From Malacoraja senta (lineage: Eukaryota): DNA of 64,000 bases. Position numbers and translations under genes: made by a program. Of this stretch, positions 1-12,700 are shown in pieces. Numbering within the stretch: position 1 is the first letter of the stretch; each line of letters begins with the position of its first letter. The notes below the pieces were generated by a model, which searched no databases, was not told where the DNA came from, and saw only the letters and a list, made by a program, of their open reading frames with translations. Location: positions 16,928,001 through 16,992,000 of the forward strand of contig CM075989.1 of assembly GCA_038087875.1 (NCBI GenBank), written 5' to 3'.

Positions 1-735
1 CGCCACCTCCAACGTGACCCCACCACTTGCCACATCTTCCCATCTCCTCCCCTGTCCGCTTTCCGCAGAGACCGCTCCCTCCGTAACTCCCTGGTCCATT
101 CGTCCCTTCCCACCCGAACCACCCCCTTTCCGGGCACTTTCCCTTGCAACCGCAAGAAATGCTACACTTGTCGCTTTACCTCCCCCCTTGACTCCATGCA
201 AGGACCCAAGCAGTCTTTCCAGGTGCGACAGGTTCACTTGCACCTCCTCCAACCTCATCTATTGCATCCGCTGCTCTAGATGTCAGCTGATCTACATCGG
301 TGAGACCAAGCGTAGGCTTGGCGATCGTTTCGCCGAACACCTCCGCTCGGTTCGCAATAACCAACCTGATCTCCCAGTGGCTCAGCACTTCAACTCCCCC
401 TCCCATCCTGAATCCGACCTTTCTGTCCTGGGCCTCCTCCCATGGTCAGAGTGAGGACCACCGGAAATTGGAGGAGCAGCACCTCATATTTCGCTTGGGC
501 AGTTTGTACCCCAGTGGTATGAACATTGACTTCTCTAATTTCAGGTAGTCCTTACTGTCTCCGCACCTTCTCAGCTCTCCATCTAGCCCTCTGGCTCCTC
601 CTCTTCCTTTCTTCTTCCCGCCCCCTCACCCTCACATCAGTCTGAAGAAGGGTTTCGGCCCGAAACGTTGCCTATTTCTTTCGCTCCATAGATGCTGCCT
701 CACCCGCCGAGTTTCTCCAGCATTTTTGTCTACCT
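1..735 (+). mobile_element. Penelope-like element 3' fragment (GIY-YIG endonuclease) with terminal repeat
   Basis: Translation FTCTSSNLIYCIRCSRCQLIYIGETKRRLGDRFAEHLRSVR...PVAQHFNS...LEEQHLIFRLGSLYPSGMNIDF is the typical Penelope GIY-YIG C-terminus; frameshifted; followed by the CTGAAGAAGGGTTTCGGCCCGAAAC motif. Confidence 0.9.
642..670 (+). ncRNA. Minimal hammerhead-ribozyme-like motif at Penelope 3' end
   Basis: CTGAAGA (CUGANGA core), GGG-TTTCGG-CCC stem-loop, GAAAC, then GTT. Stem I is only 2-3 bp. Confidence 0.5.
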
Positions 736-1143
736 GGCATTTTGCAAAGAGGCTTTTATCAAACATGTCTTAATGATTGGATGATAGCCGGCCCCAACAA
801 GTTCACACATTGTGTGTCGGTTTATTAGTTTGACAATGACTGATAACCATTGGTAGTCCTCCTCTCAGGAATTAGGCAGGTCAATTTGTATTATTGATTG
901 ATCCCATTTATGCAGTTTTTGAAAATGTAGAGTTTACAGGGAAATGCTGTCCAAGAAATCAAAGGGGAAATCAATCCAATTATATTTGCTGTCGTTGTCA
1001 GTGAAGGTGATTTAGTTGCCATTTTGCAGACTCAAGCAGAAACAAGTGAGCCCACTGGTTAACATTGTCCCAATTAATCTCTCACGGAACATTTGCATGT
1101 CACTATGGTTAACTTAGTCAAGTCCTGGCAGCAGCAGAGACCA

Positions 1144-1343
1144 NNNNNNNNNNNNNNNNNNNNNNNNNNNNNNNNNNNNNNNNNNNNNNNNNNNNNNNNN
1201 NNNNNNNNNNNNNNNNNNNNNNNNNNNNNNNNNNNNNNNNNNNNNNNNNNNNNNNNNNNNNNNNNNNNNNNNNNNNNNNNNNNNNNNNNNNNNNNNNNNN
1301 NNNNNNNNNNNNNNNNNNNNNNNNNNNNNNNNNNNNNNNNNNN
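1144..1343. other. Assembly gap (200 N)
   Basis: Run of N. Confidence 1.
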
Positions 1344-2483
1344 GCAGGTTAATTGTCGACTGTAATTGCACCATGAGTAGGTGGGCAGCAGGAGAACCAT
1401 TGGGGAGTTGTTGGACAGGTGAAAGAGAATAGGTTACATGGAAATAAATGAGTGAATTGGATTAATGGACTACTTATAGTGTCGGCATAGACTTGATGGG
1501 CCGAACGGCCTGCTATATTATAAATATGAAAGCTCATATGGACGCATGCACCCACAATGGAAATTCAAGCATGTGAAGCGTTCACAATTTTGTCCATTGC
1601 CTGTTTTGGAATTTCTTATCTGTGCAGCTTGCAAGTTGCAAATTAGTTGATTTCAGCAACGCTTGATGGGTGAGAAAAGTAGCAGATCTAAAACTGCTGA
1701 TTACACTGCCAGTGCTATTTTAAACCAGGTCACATTTGTTCATTTCGCTGGATTGGGTAAGATGTTAACAGTATAGATTGAAGTGTCACATTGTACTGTG
1801 TGAACGACACATTCATAGTTTCCACTCTCAAGATCAATTTATTTCCTTGGTCGCAATGTCACGCAGTGTATTTTTTACTGTAGTAGACCTGTGGTCTGGA
1901 CCTCGTCCCTGAGTCTTAGCTTCTTCTGGTCTTTTTGACCAATTTAAGCCCTCATCTTTGAAACTTCCCCTCTTAATACTTATTGCTTTGTGTGCTCAAG
2001 TTTGATAGAATCATAGAGACTTGCAGTGTGGAAAGAAGCCCTATGGCCCAACTTGCCCACACGGGCCAACATGTCCCATCTACTCTAGTCCCACCTACCT
2101 GCATTTGGTCCTTACCAGTCCCTCTAAACCTGCGCTATCCATGCACCTGTTTAAATGTTTCTGAAACATCCATGTTACTTTTATGGAAGGAATTTCACAA
2201 TTATTCCTGTTAGAAATTTCTCTTCAGAAGAAACTAGGTACAATACAATAATACTTTATCAGCCAAGTATGTTTTGCAACATACAAAGAATTTTATTTTC
2301 CAAGTCAGACATACAAATAAAAAGCAACGGAACACACAAAATGCATTTTAACATAAACATCCACCACAGTGAATCCTCCACATTCCTCACTGTGATGGAA
2401 GGCGAAAAAAAAAGTTCAATCCCTTCTCTTCTTTGTTCTCCCACGGTCGGGGGCCTCAAGCCTTCCGTTGACGGGACGATCTT

Positions 2484-2672
2484 GTGGGTTTTCTCCGGGT
2501 GATCCAGTTTTCTCCCACATTACAAAGACGTGCATGTTTGTCGGTTCATCGGTTTCTGTAAATTGTCCCTAGTGTGCAGGGTAGAACTAGTGTATGCGGT
2601 GATTGCTGGTCCGTGTGGACTCGGTGGGCCGAAGGGCCCATTTCCGCGCTGTACCTAAACTAAACTAAACCA
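2484..2672 (+). mobile_element. 5'-truncated V-SINE (HE1-like) with (CTAAA)n tail
   Basis: Core TTTCTCCCACA...AAAGACGTGC; 3' GGGCCGAAGGGCC; tail CTAAACTAAACTAAAC; homologous to 9443-9752. Confidence 0.7.
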
Positions 2673-4589
2673 AATTGGAGCAAGGCATCTCAAAAACTAG
2701 TTGCACAGCAACGCCAATATTTGGGAAATGCTTGTCAGATATGTCCTAACTTCACCACTGTGAATACAATTGTACATCCTGTATTGAGGACAGTTCGCAT
2801 CTTGTGTTTGTCATTTGAGCTTCACCCCAACCGTGGCTGGGTGATCAACATGGCCCTGTAATTTGAGTCGAGTCACCTGGCTGCATTTTTTGGAGATACT
2901 GCATGGAAACGGGCCCTTCGGCCCACCAGGTCCACACCATCCATTGATCCGGGTTGCTCCTCAGTGATGGGGCCTCAGAGAAGAACCTGGAGATCACGAT
3001 TTCATCTTCCAATGAAGCGGCTGCATTTTGCACTTTTTTGACTTTTCACAGAAAGGAATAACCTCAATCGGTCACCTTCCCACTGCCTGTTCCATGGGAG
3101 ATAAATGCACCTCAAAGGAGGTGATGTCACGTCTCTCATGACCTCTGCATTGACCTTTGGGCCAGTAGTCAATATAAAGGACATTAAAGTGGCGTCAATA
3201 GGTTTGATATCCATGACGTACTCTGTGCACAATCCTTGCTCAGCCTTTTGAAACTGAAATCTTCCACTCAAATTATTTGCAAATTAACAAAAGAAGATTT
3301 GTGCAGCAGAGTAAATCGTTCTCATTATGGTTGCACATACATGATTATTGCAGTGAGGTAGCACTAATCACGTTAGTGGTCAGTGACAGGTTAATGGACT
3401 CCAGTAAGTTAAACTGACCAGTGTGACAATTCAATTAATACCGAAAATCTGCTTTGTTTACAGTGATCAGGCTGCCTTTGAAAGTATGTTATCAGTACAT
3501 TCAGAATAAATGTAGTATTGAGCATCACATTTCATTTGTTTTCCTCTAAATGTATGTTATTTGTACGTTCAGAATAAGTGCAATATTGAGCAACATATTT
3601 CATGTGACCTTTCCAACCTGCTCCTGATCACACAGCTGTTACACCGAGCAATGTGAGCTCAAAATACCCTCTGCCTTTATAGACAATAGACAATAGGTGC
3701 AGGAGTAGGCCATTTGGCCCTTCGAGCCAGCACCGCCATTCAATGTGATGATGGCAGATCATCCCCAATCAGTACCCCGTTCCTGCCTTCTCCCCATATC
3801 CCCTGACTCCGCTATTTTTAAGAGCCCTATCTAGCTCTCTCTTGAAAACATCCAGATCGGAATGATCGGGAAAAATCATTGGTATCGGAAGATAATTTCA
3901 AGTCCACATTACTGCTCTGGTTATAATTTTGCAGGTTTGGCATAAAGTTGTAGCTTGTTTGCTTATGAAAAGATCACCATGGGCTGGCTAAATTGCTTTT
4001 ACTCTGATCTTGATAGAAGAGCAGGTTTAAACTATAGCAGTGGCTGCTATTTTACAGCCAATTTGCAGTTGCTGAATCTTTGCCTTTGGAAAATGGATTT
4101 GCATAAATCTGCAATAACAAGAGACATTTTAGAAATGTACTTTGTGTCGCAAATCCGTGGAAAACATGAAGTGCGTTCCTTTGTTCAGTATATTATTGGA
4201 AATGCATTGAGTCAAAACATTAGTGACAGGATGGATATCCTGGGTGATCAATTGGTTAGTTTACAACATTTATGATGGGACATGCAGCTTTATCTCTTAA
4301 TTCAATCCACGTGATATTCATGTTGTGATGCAAACCATGACAGAAAATATGAAAATATATTCAGGGACGTGTTATAATGCTGAATAAGGATATTCAAATA
4401 CGTTGTAAAGAATCATATTTTAATTTGTTTTTTTAATTATTCATTTTTTGGTATCTGTACACTGCTCACAAGATCACCATTTGTTGTCTGTCTATAAATA
4501 TATAGAATTATGATAGGACAGGCAATTGTTTTGCCCCACCTACCAACCCCATCTCACGCAATTATCCTCCTATACCAATTAGGAGAGGC

Positions 4590-5370
4590 ATGGGTAGAGT
4601 AGACCAAATGTTTCCCCCAAGATGGAAATATCAAAGATAGCTTTAATGTGAGAGGGGCAAAGTTTAAAGCAAATATGCAGGACAAGTTTTTTGACACGGA
4701 TGGTGGCGAGTGCCTGGAACACACTGTCCAAGGTGATGGTGGAGGCAGATTTAATAGTGGCATTTAAGAGGCTTTTAGATAGGCACATGGATATGCAGGG
4801 ACTGGGGGGATATAGACCATGTGAAGGCAGTTTGCATGCCATCGAAACAGATCAGATATTCCATGCATAAATCCAATCATCAAACTCAAGTACAATAGTT
4901 AAAGGGGAGGAAACAGAGTGCAGACTATAGTTCTACTGTATACTTACAGGTAGAAATGAGATTTAAAAGAGTAGAGTGATTGGATCGAAGGTACACAAAA
5001 ATGCTGGAGAAACTCAGCGGGTGCAGCAGCATCCATGGAGCGAAGGAAATAGGTAACGTTTCGGGCCGAAACCCTTCTTCCCTGGATCAGTTGGTACTAA
5101 TCCTTCTCTGAGAAGTACATGCAGAGAGTCACCATTCTCTGGCGCCAGAGGAGTATAAAATCATCATTATTAAGAACCAGTGGGTGTAAGTTTAAGGTGA
5201 GAGAAGTAAGAGTTAATCAGAACATGAGAGGTAACATTTTCACATAGGGTGGTGGGTATATGAAACGAGCTGTCTGATGAAAGCTGGTTCAATAACTTTT
5301 AAAATACATTTGGATAGGTACATCGATAGAAAGCTTCAGAGGGCTTTGGGTCAAAAACTGGCAAGGTTTT
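4590..5370 (+). mobile_element. Decayed CR1 LINE 3' fragments interrupted by a short palindromic-family element
   Basis: CR1-type text TTTAAGGTGAGAG..., TTTT..ACAC..GGTGG, GCATTTAAGAGGCTTTTAGATAGGCACATGGAT. Confidence 0.6.
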
Positions 5371-5444
5371 AGGCGTCAGGAAATAAGACAATCACAGTTA
5401 TCCCTGAGCATCAACAGCTTCTTCTGTTTATTTTTGTAGAGCTT

Positions 5445-5488
5445 GAGAGAGGGAGAGGGAGAGAGAGAGGGAGAGAGAGAGAGGGAGA
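5445..5488 (+). repeat. (GA)n/(GGAGAG)n microsatellite
   Basis: Seen directly. Confidence 0.9.
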
Positions 5489-6008
5489 AAATGATTGTGT
5501 GAAACGGCGTTGGTAATGAATAGGTTGTCATAAATTCACTGACAGTCGGTTAATACGTCAAAACAGTATTAATAGAAAGTAAGTGCCATATATTAGTCAA
5601 ATTTCTCAATATTCAACTATTTAATTAGAGCACATCAAGATACTTAATTTCTTGGGAATGTTGATTCCCTGACGGTTTTAAATACTCTTAAACATTTTTA
5701 AGGTTTGTTCTGTTTAGTTTTTATTAACTCCTGAAGCTGCGGAGTTGCTTAATATTATCTATCTTACGGAAGCTTTCACTATTCACCAGCAGCATTTCTA
5801 TATGCTGCAATTTCCGATGTTTTTCTTTTTCACTTTCTATTTTCTTTACTAAATATCTTATCTATTTTTATTAATGCACATTTTTCTTGGAGATATCTCC
5901 GGGGGGTAGGGGAAAAGGGGATAGGGCTCACCTACCCAGCATTTAAAGGAAATATTTCAAAGAATGTGTCGGACAATTTAAATCAAAAGAGACCATGTAA
6001 GCTTTAAA

Positions 6009-7260
6009 ATGCAAGATGATGTAGCTAGGAAAATAGGAGGAATTACATTTTGTAGTTGGAATGTTAAGGGCGTTAATGAGCCAATTAAAAGGGGCAAAAT
6101 AGCCCACTTAAATTCTATTAATATTGATATAATATTTCTACAGGAGATGCATCTCAAAAATGGAGCTCACAACAGGCTGAAGGGTAGCTGGATTGGTCAA
6201 TTATATCATTCTACATTTTCATCCAAAGCAAGATGAACAGCAATTCTAATTCGTAAAGGTATACCATTCAAACACAAATCCACTATAGCTGATAAGGAAG
6301 GCAGGTACATTATAATATCTGGGGAATTATATTCAACCCCATTGACTATGGTGAATATTTATGCTCCTAATTTCGATAATCCCCCAATTTTTAAATAAAA
6401 TATTTAATATAATCTCAGACTCTGGTCAGCAGAATTTGATAATTGGAGGAGATTTAAATTGTGTATCTCCAGCGTTGTTGTGGGAAACTTTTAAAGCCTA
6501 TGTTAGAGGCTGTATTATCGCATACCAAGCATTTCAAAACAAGAAAAATAAGACTGAACATTTGGAATTAGAAAAACAGATTAAACAGTTAGACTTAGAA
6601 AATGCGGTTGACCCAACCACTGCAAAACATAATAAGATAGCTGCATTAAAATTTAAATTAAATCAGATTCTTTCTGCAAAAATTATTAGGGTATTTCATT
6701 ATACTAAGCAAAAACATTTTGAGTTTGGTGATAAACCACACAAGCTACTGGCACATCAACTCCCCAAATTAGAGAATGACAGTACAATACACAAAATGAG
6801 ATCAGAAAAAGGAGATCTGCTTACATTGCCTAAAGATATTAATGAAAGATTCTTACAATTCTTCCAAACACTATACTCATCAAAAACAACAGCAGATCCC
6901 GCAAAGATGAAAAGTTTTCTTGAGAATTGCAATCTCCCATCCCTTAATGAGGAGGAACAGGATGAATTAGGAGCAGAGATAACAACAAAAGACTATTAAA
7001 TCATTGAAAAGTGGAAAAACTCCGGGTCCGGACGGGTTTAGTAACGAATTTTATAAAAATTTTAATGATTTAATGTCCCAACGTTTACAAGCCCTTTATA
7101 TTCAAGCATTTAAAGAACAGACTTTACCACAAACCCTTGCTGAATCAACTATTACATTGATTCCAAAAAAAGAAAAAAATCTCGAGGAGCCTGGATCCTA
7201 TAGGGCAATAGCCCTTTTAAATATGGATCAGAAGATACTAGCTAAGACTTTGGCTCACAG
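6009..7260 (+). mobile_element. L1-clade LINE ORF2 fragment (APE endonuclease to start of RT), decayed
   Basis: SWNVKG, IIFLQEMHL, IIGGDLNC, LLWETFKAYVRG, GKTPGPDGFSNEFYK, SYRAIALLNMDQKILAK; stops, frameshifts and an internal deletion near 6462. Confidence 0.9.
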
Positions 7261-7275
7261 ACTTTGGCTCGCACA

Positions 7276-8708
7276 TTCTTTCTTGCTGGGAGAGGACTGC
7301 TCATCCGCCCAGCTTACCCTTGAGCAAAACTGTGCAATGCAGATGGCACCACTCAACCTCGGTTAGAGTGAAAGCCACTTAATGTTAATGTAATGCTAAT
7401 GTATGTGCTTAGGTATGGCAATACTCTACTGGACTGTTTGTAAGAAATTAATTTCACTGTGCGTTTGCACTTCGCACTGTGACAATAAAAGTTCCATTGA
7501 ACCATTGAACCACTGCTTCTGCAGGTCAAATCCTCTCCATTTTGATGACTTTGTGTTTATCTTCTGCTTTGACTCAGAGGGCTGAGGGATTTTGCTTTCT
7601 CGCCCTAACCTTGGTTGCAAAAGTAACATATAAGGTGGCTGCTTCAATTGCCATCTTCACAAAATCATGTTGTTTTGTTGACCGTTGTGGAACAGCGTTA
7701 CTGAATCGCAAGAGGTTTCCCACCTCAGTGTTGTGAATTCTTGAAATTGTAAGCACGTCGCCCAGCAAGTGTGACCTTTGCAACCAGATCAGACGGAGAC
7801 ATGCTGCACAGTATATATCTGATCCATATCTCTCTATTCCCTGCATTTCCACATAAGTGTTTAAGAAGGAACTGCAGATGGTGGAAAATCGAAGGTACAC
7901 AAAAATGCTGGAGAAACTCAGCAGATGCAGCAGCATCTATGGAGCGAAGGAAATAGGCAATGTTTCGTCCCGAAACATTGCCTATTTCCTTCACTCCATA
8001 GATGCTGCTGCACCCGCTGAGTTTCTCCAGCATTTTTGTGTGCCTATGCATAAGCTTCTTAAACGCCACAAGGAGAAAAACATTGGAGTTTTTCTTTGAA
8101 ACATAAATTTTATTCAGCATAAAAAATATATACAAAACAAGAACATTGCAAAAGCTCTACCAACATTCGCCGAGTCTATACATTTTTTTGTGCCATATTC
8201 GGAAGTGTTCACAAACTAATCTTAAACCTCGTCACTCATGTGGGCCCCTGGGGTGATATCCCTTCCCTTATTTGAGGGGTGTCTCCACTGGACTCTACCC
8301 CTCAATGTCCCACAGCAGATGGACCCAAGACTGCGGCCCTCCCCCACAGAGCCTTGGTGTTGGCTGCACCGAGCTTCAGCCAGTCCCTCAACACAAACTC
8401 CTGTTGGCTGGACTGGAATGTTACATTTCTGAATGTTTATTGTTCTACCCGTCATGCCTGAATGTTTTTTATTCCAGTGTGTTGCAGTAAATGGAAGTAT
8501 TGTAAAAACACTGGTACCATCTATGCCTGCTCACCTGCAGTTACTGAACACGAGGTTTGGCAAAATCTGTTTATTCTCCTGAGGCTGAGGTCTACAGCTT
8601 GGTATTGCTGCAGCAATTCACACAGATTACCTCTTTTGAATTTCACAGCTATTTTATCCATTCTGTACTTGACAATCTATGTTAGCCGGTGGACAAATGA
8701 ATATTACT
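7276..8708 (+). repeat. Copy A of local direct duplication
   Basis: Colinear and highly similar to 10465-11713 from TTCTTGCTGGGAGAGG to AATGAATATTACT. Confidence 0.95.
7898..8040. repeat. Near-perfect palindrome (70-bp arms, 3-nt loop) of Penelope-terminal-derived element
   Basis: CACAAAAATGCTGGAGAAACTCAGC...GTTTCG-TCC-CGAAAC...GCTGAGTTTCTCCAGCATTTTTGTG. Confidence 0.9.
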
Positions 8709-9442
8709 CCCTTGACCAAACTTTTGCTTTGTGTTCTCGTGTCTCTTTCTGTAGCTTGGTGTGAAATATTTTCTGAAGCACATGTTTTACTATGAAAGAG
8801 CCACAATGTAAAGACATTAATGTTGGGAGCTGGTGGAGGAGAGATATTGTTAGATTCTCTTTTCCATTTCATCAGAAAGAAAGAGATGGGCCACCAGTGC
8901 TCCGGTTTCCTCCCACATCCAAAAGACGTATGGGTTGGTAGAATTATAGAGTATTGTAAATTGTTTCAAATGTAGGTGCGTAGTAGAATCTGGAGTAAGT
9001 TGATGGAAATACAGGGAGAATACAATCTAGGATTAATGTAGGAATCATGTAAATGGATAGCTAATGATTGCTGTGTACTTCATATGCTGAAGGGCTTGTT
9101 TTTGTGTTGTATTGCTCTTTCTGTCTCTAAACTGTGGAAGCACCCAGCACTTTCTTGGTCCTGGAATGTTAACGCATTCTCTTTCAGAGAGATACGACAG
9201 ACTGCAGATATGTTGAGCAAAAAACAAGGTTCTGGAGGAACACAGCAGGCCAGGCAGCATCTGTAGAACAGGAGAGCAGTAAGAATCACAGAGGGGGAAC
9301 ACCACGAGAGGGTCTCACAGAACTCCTACAGATGCCGCTGGGCTGCTGAGTTACTCCAGCACTTTTATTTATTGCTCTGTTCCTCTTTCCACAGAGGCTG
9401 TCAATCTGCTGAGTATTTCCAATGTTTCTGTATTCATTTAAT

Positions 9443-9752
9443 CTTTAGACTTTAGAGATATATAGTGTGTAAATAGGACCTTCAGACCCACCGAGTCTGC
9501 ACCGACCCGCGATCACCCCGTACACTAGCACTATCTTTCACACTAGCGACAATTTACAATTTACAGAAGCCAATTGACCTATAAACCCGCACGTCTTTGG
9601 ATTGTGGGAGGAAACCGGAGCACATTGGGAGAAGCCACGTGGTCACAGGCAGAACGAGCAAACTCCGTACAGACAGCACCCATAGTCAGGATCGAACCCA
9701 GGTCTCTGGTGCTGTAAGGCAGCAACTCTACCGCTGCGCCACTGTGCTGCCC
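9443..9752 (-). mobile_element. Full-length tRNA-derived V-SINE (HE1-like)
   Basis: On minus strand: A box TGGCGCAGCGG, B box GGTTCGATCC, core CTCCGGTTTCCTCCCACA, short tandem tail TCTAAAG. Confidence 0.8.
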
Positions 9753-10464
9753 AACACACATCATTGAGAGTTGTGCAGTCTTCAGAACCATTGGCAGCAT
9801 TCGGTGCTCAAGGAAGAGCAGCAACAAGGCCCATGAAGCCGAGCCTGGAGAGAGGAAGGAGCAAGTGGAGGAGGAGGCGGGGATGGTGTTACCATCAATC
9901 CCATAGTCCCAATTATTGAATCATAGACACAGAGGTGGCCATTCTGCCCATTGCTGGTCAAGAAACAGTTTAACTTAATTCCACCTTCCAACTGGTACAG
10001 TCGCAATAGTTCAACGTTGGCTCAAAGGGGGACAGGCAAGGAGAGGATGTCGGTTCGTTGGTCAATCCACGTGTCCAAGGAAATGTGATGGCTGGAGGCT
10101 TGCAGCAGCCTGTGGCTCACCAAGAACGGGCTCCACTTATAACAACTAGAGCGTGGACTGGAGTTTGAAAATGGCGCCAAAACATGTTGCCTCTTACATG
10201 CGGGCTCAGTGGACTATTTCTGTACAATTTGATCATTTTGTATGTGCTTAGGTTCCAACGTTCCCAACGTCAGAGTTTCCATCGTCCCGGCAAGAGGGCC
10301 TGTACATCGGGCCGTCCGTAGCGGTGACTGCGGAGGGTTCAGGGCCCCGACCACGGGTCCACAGAACAAGGAGGACTGACTGGACTTTTGTTCCTTATAT
10401 CACAGTGGGATAGATCCACTGTGGTGGATGTTTTATGTTTAATTTTTGTTGTGTATTGTGTTCT

Positions 10465-11713
10465 TTCTTTCTTGCTGGGAGAGGACTGCTCATCCGCCCA
10501 GCTTACCCTTGAGCAAAACTGCGCAATGCAGATGGCACCACTCAACCTCGGTTAGAGTGAAAGCCACTTAATGTTAATGTAATGCTAATGTATGCGCTTA
10601 GGTATGGCAATACGCTACTGGACTGTTTGTAAGAAATTAATTTCACAGTGCGTTTGCACTTCGCTCTGTGACAATAAAAGTGCCATTGAACCATTGAACC
10701 ACTGGTTCTGCAGGTCAAATCCTCTCCATTTTATTGACTTTGTGTTTATCTTCTGCTTTGACTCAGAGGGCTGAGGGATTTTGCTTTCTCACCCTAACAT
10801 TGTTTGCAAAGGTAACATATAAGGTGGATGCTTCAATTGCCATCTTCACAGAATCATGTTGTTTTGTTAACCGTTGTTGAACAGCGTTGCTGAATCGCAA
10901 GAGGTTTCCCGCCTCAGTGTTGTAAATTCTTGAAATTGTAAGCACGTCGCCCAGCAAGTGTGAACTTTGCAACCAGATCAGACGGAGACATGCTGCACAA
11001 TACATATCTGATCCATATCTCTCTATTCCCTGCATTTCCACGTGCCTATCCATAAGCCTCTTAAACGCCACATGGAGAAAAACATTGGAGTTTTTTTTTG
11101 AAACACACATTTTCTTCAGCATAAAAAATATATACAAAACAAGAACATTGCAAAAGCTCTACCAACATTCTCCGAGTCTATACATTTTTTGTGTCATATT
11201 TGGGAGTGTTTGCAAACTAACCTTAAACCTTGTCACTCATGTGGGCCCCTGGGGTGATATCCCTTCCCTTATTTGAGGGGTGTCTCCACTGGACTCTACC
11301 CCTCAATATCCCACAGCGGATGGACCCAAGACTGTGGCCCTCCCCCACAGAGCCTTGGTGTTGGCTGCACCGAGCTTCAGCCAGTCCCTCAACACAAACT
11401 CCTGTTGGCTGGACTAGAGTTTACATTTCTGAATGTTTATTGTTCTACCCATCATGCCTGCATATTTTTTATTGCAGTGTGTTGAATGAAATGGAAGTAT
11501 TGTAAAAACACTGGTACCATCTATGCCTGCTCATCTGCAGTTACTGAACACGAGATTTGGCAACATTTTCCCTGTTGATTCTCCTGAGGCTGAGGTCTCC
11601 AGCTTGGTATTGCTGCAGCAATTCACACAGATTACCTCTTTTGAATTTCACAGCTATTTTACCCATTCTGTACTTGTCAATCTATGTTACCCGGTGGACA
11701 AATGAATATTACT
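10465..11713 (+). repeat. Copy B of local direct duplication
   Basis: Matches 7276-8708 but lacks the ~185-bp palindrome-containing segment. Confidence 0.95.
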
Positions 11714-12289
11714 TGTTCAAGTTAAATTCATCTATTAGTGTCACCAGTGCTACCCAGTTTCCAAATCCTTGTTCTTCCCACATCCCTTCCTAATTCATCT
11801 CTGAGGGTCATCCCGACAATGGCTAACTCTCCCTAAAATATATTATCCCTTTTCCCGGTATCGTCCTTGTCTTGACATTGACCTTTGTTAGATTATTTAG
11901 TGAAGCAGATGTTATGGGGAGAAGGCAGGAGAATAGGGTTGGGAGGGAGAGATGGATCAGCCATGATTGAATGGCAGAGTAGACTTGAAGGGCCGAGTGG
12001 CCTAATTCTGCTCCTCTCACTTATGAACTGACGAAGCACTTTTGAGTTCCATTGCATGTACAGTGTTCAGTTGGTAAACACATGGAACTTTATTTTTGAT
12101 GTACAGGAGCATTATTAGTGAAGAGAATAAATGACAAATATGAGCCAGTCCTCCAACAAATGTACATATTGGAGAAGTATTAATTTTCAGGGCATGGTAC
12201 CTGGGAAGTAGGTCAAAGACGGACAATGTTGAAAGTCTGGGAAAGGCGGAGGGGGTGGGGTGGAGGGGGGAGGTAAGAGACACAGAAGA

Positions 12290-12700
12290 AAGGACTCAAA
12301 GATAGAAAGCCAATTGAGCCATCTCCCTCAGAACATGAGGCCACTACTTCCCAGACAGCCACTGACTTAAATTCCTTCGGAGAATTTCCCTCCAACCTCT
12401 TCGCCTTCCTGACCTATCCAGCCCGCTTCCAACTCCTCACCAGGATTCACAAGCAGGATAGTCTGAACCCAGCTCTTACTCCACCAAACATGGTTCCTCC
12501 TTCATTTCAAACTTATTTCCCAGGTCCAGCACCTTCCCACTGACATTCCTGTCACCTCTGTCACTCTCTGCCATTTTGGTAGTTTCCGGTTTCCTGGTCC
12601 CAACCAACTCATCTTCACCTTGAACGTACAATCCCTCTACAACTTCAGACGGGTCTAATTTAATTCCTCCTCACTTAACCCCCTCAACCACCACACGTAT
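12290..12700 (+). mobile_element. Highly decayed Penelope RT fragment
   Basis: Residual ARF-LL-RIHK motif (GCCCGCTTCCAACTCCTCACCAGGATTCACAAG) and later TTGAACGTACAATCCCTCTAC (D/NVQSLY). Confidence 0.45.

Noticed and set aside
1074..1400. ORFs spanning X residues
   Set aside because: They cross the assembly gap.
9680..9752. tRNA gene
   Set aside because: It is the tRNA-derived head of a SINE, continuous with the SINE body.
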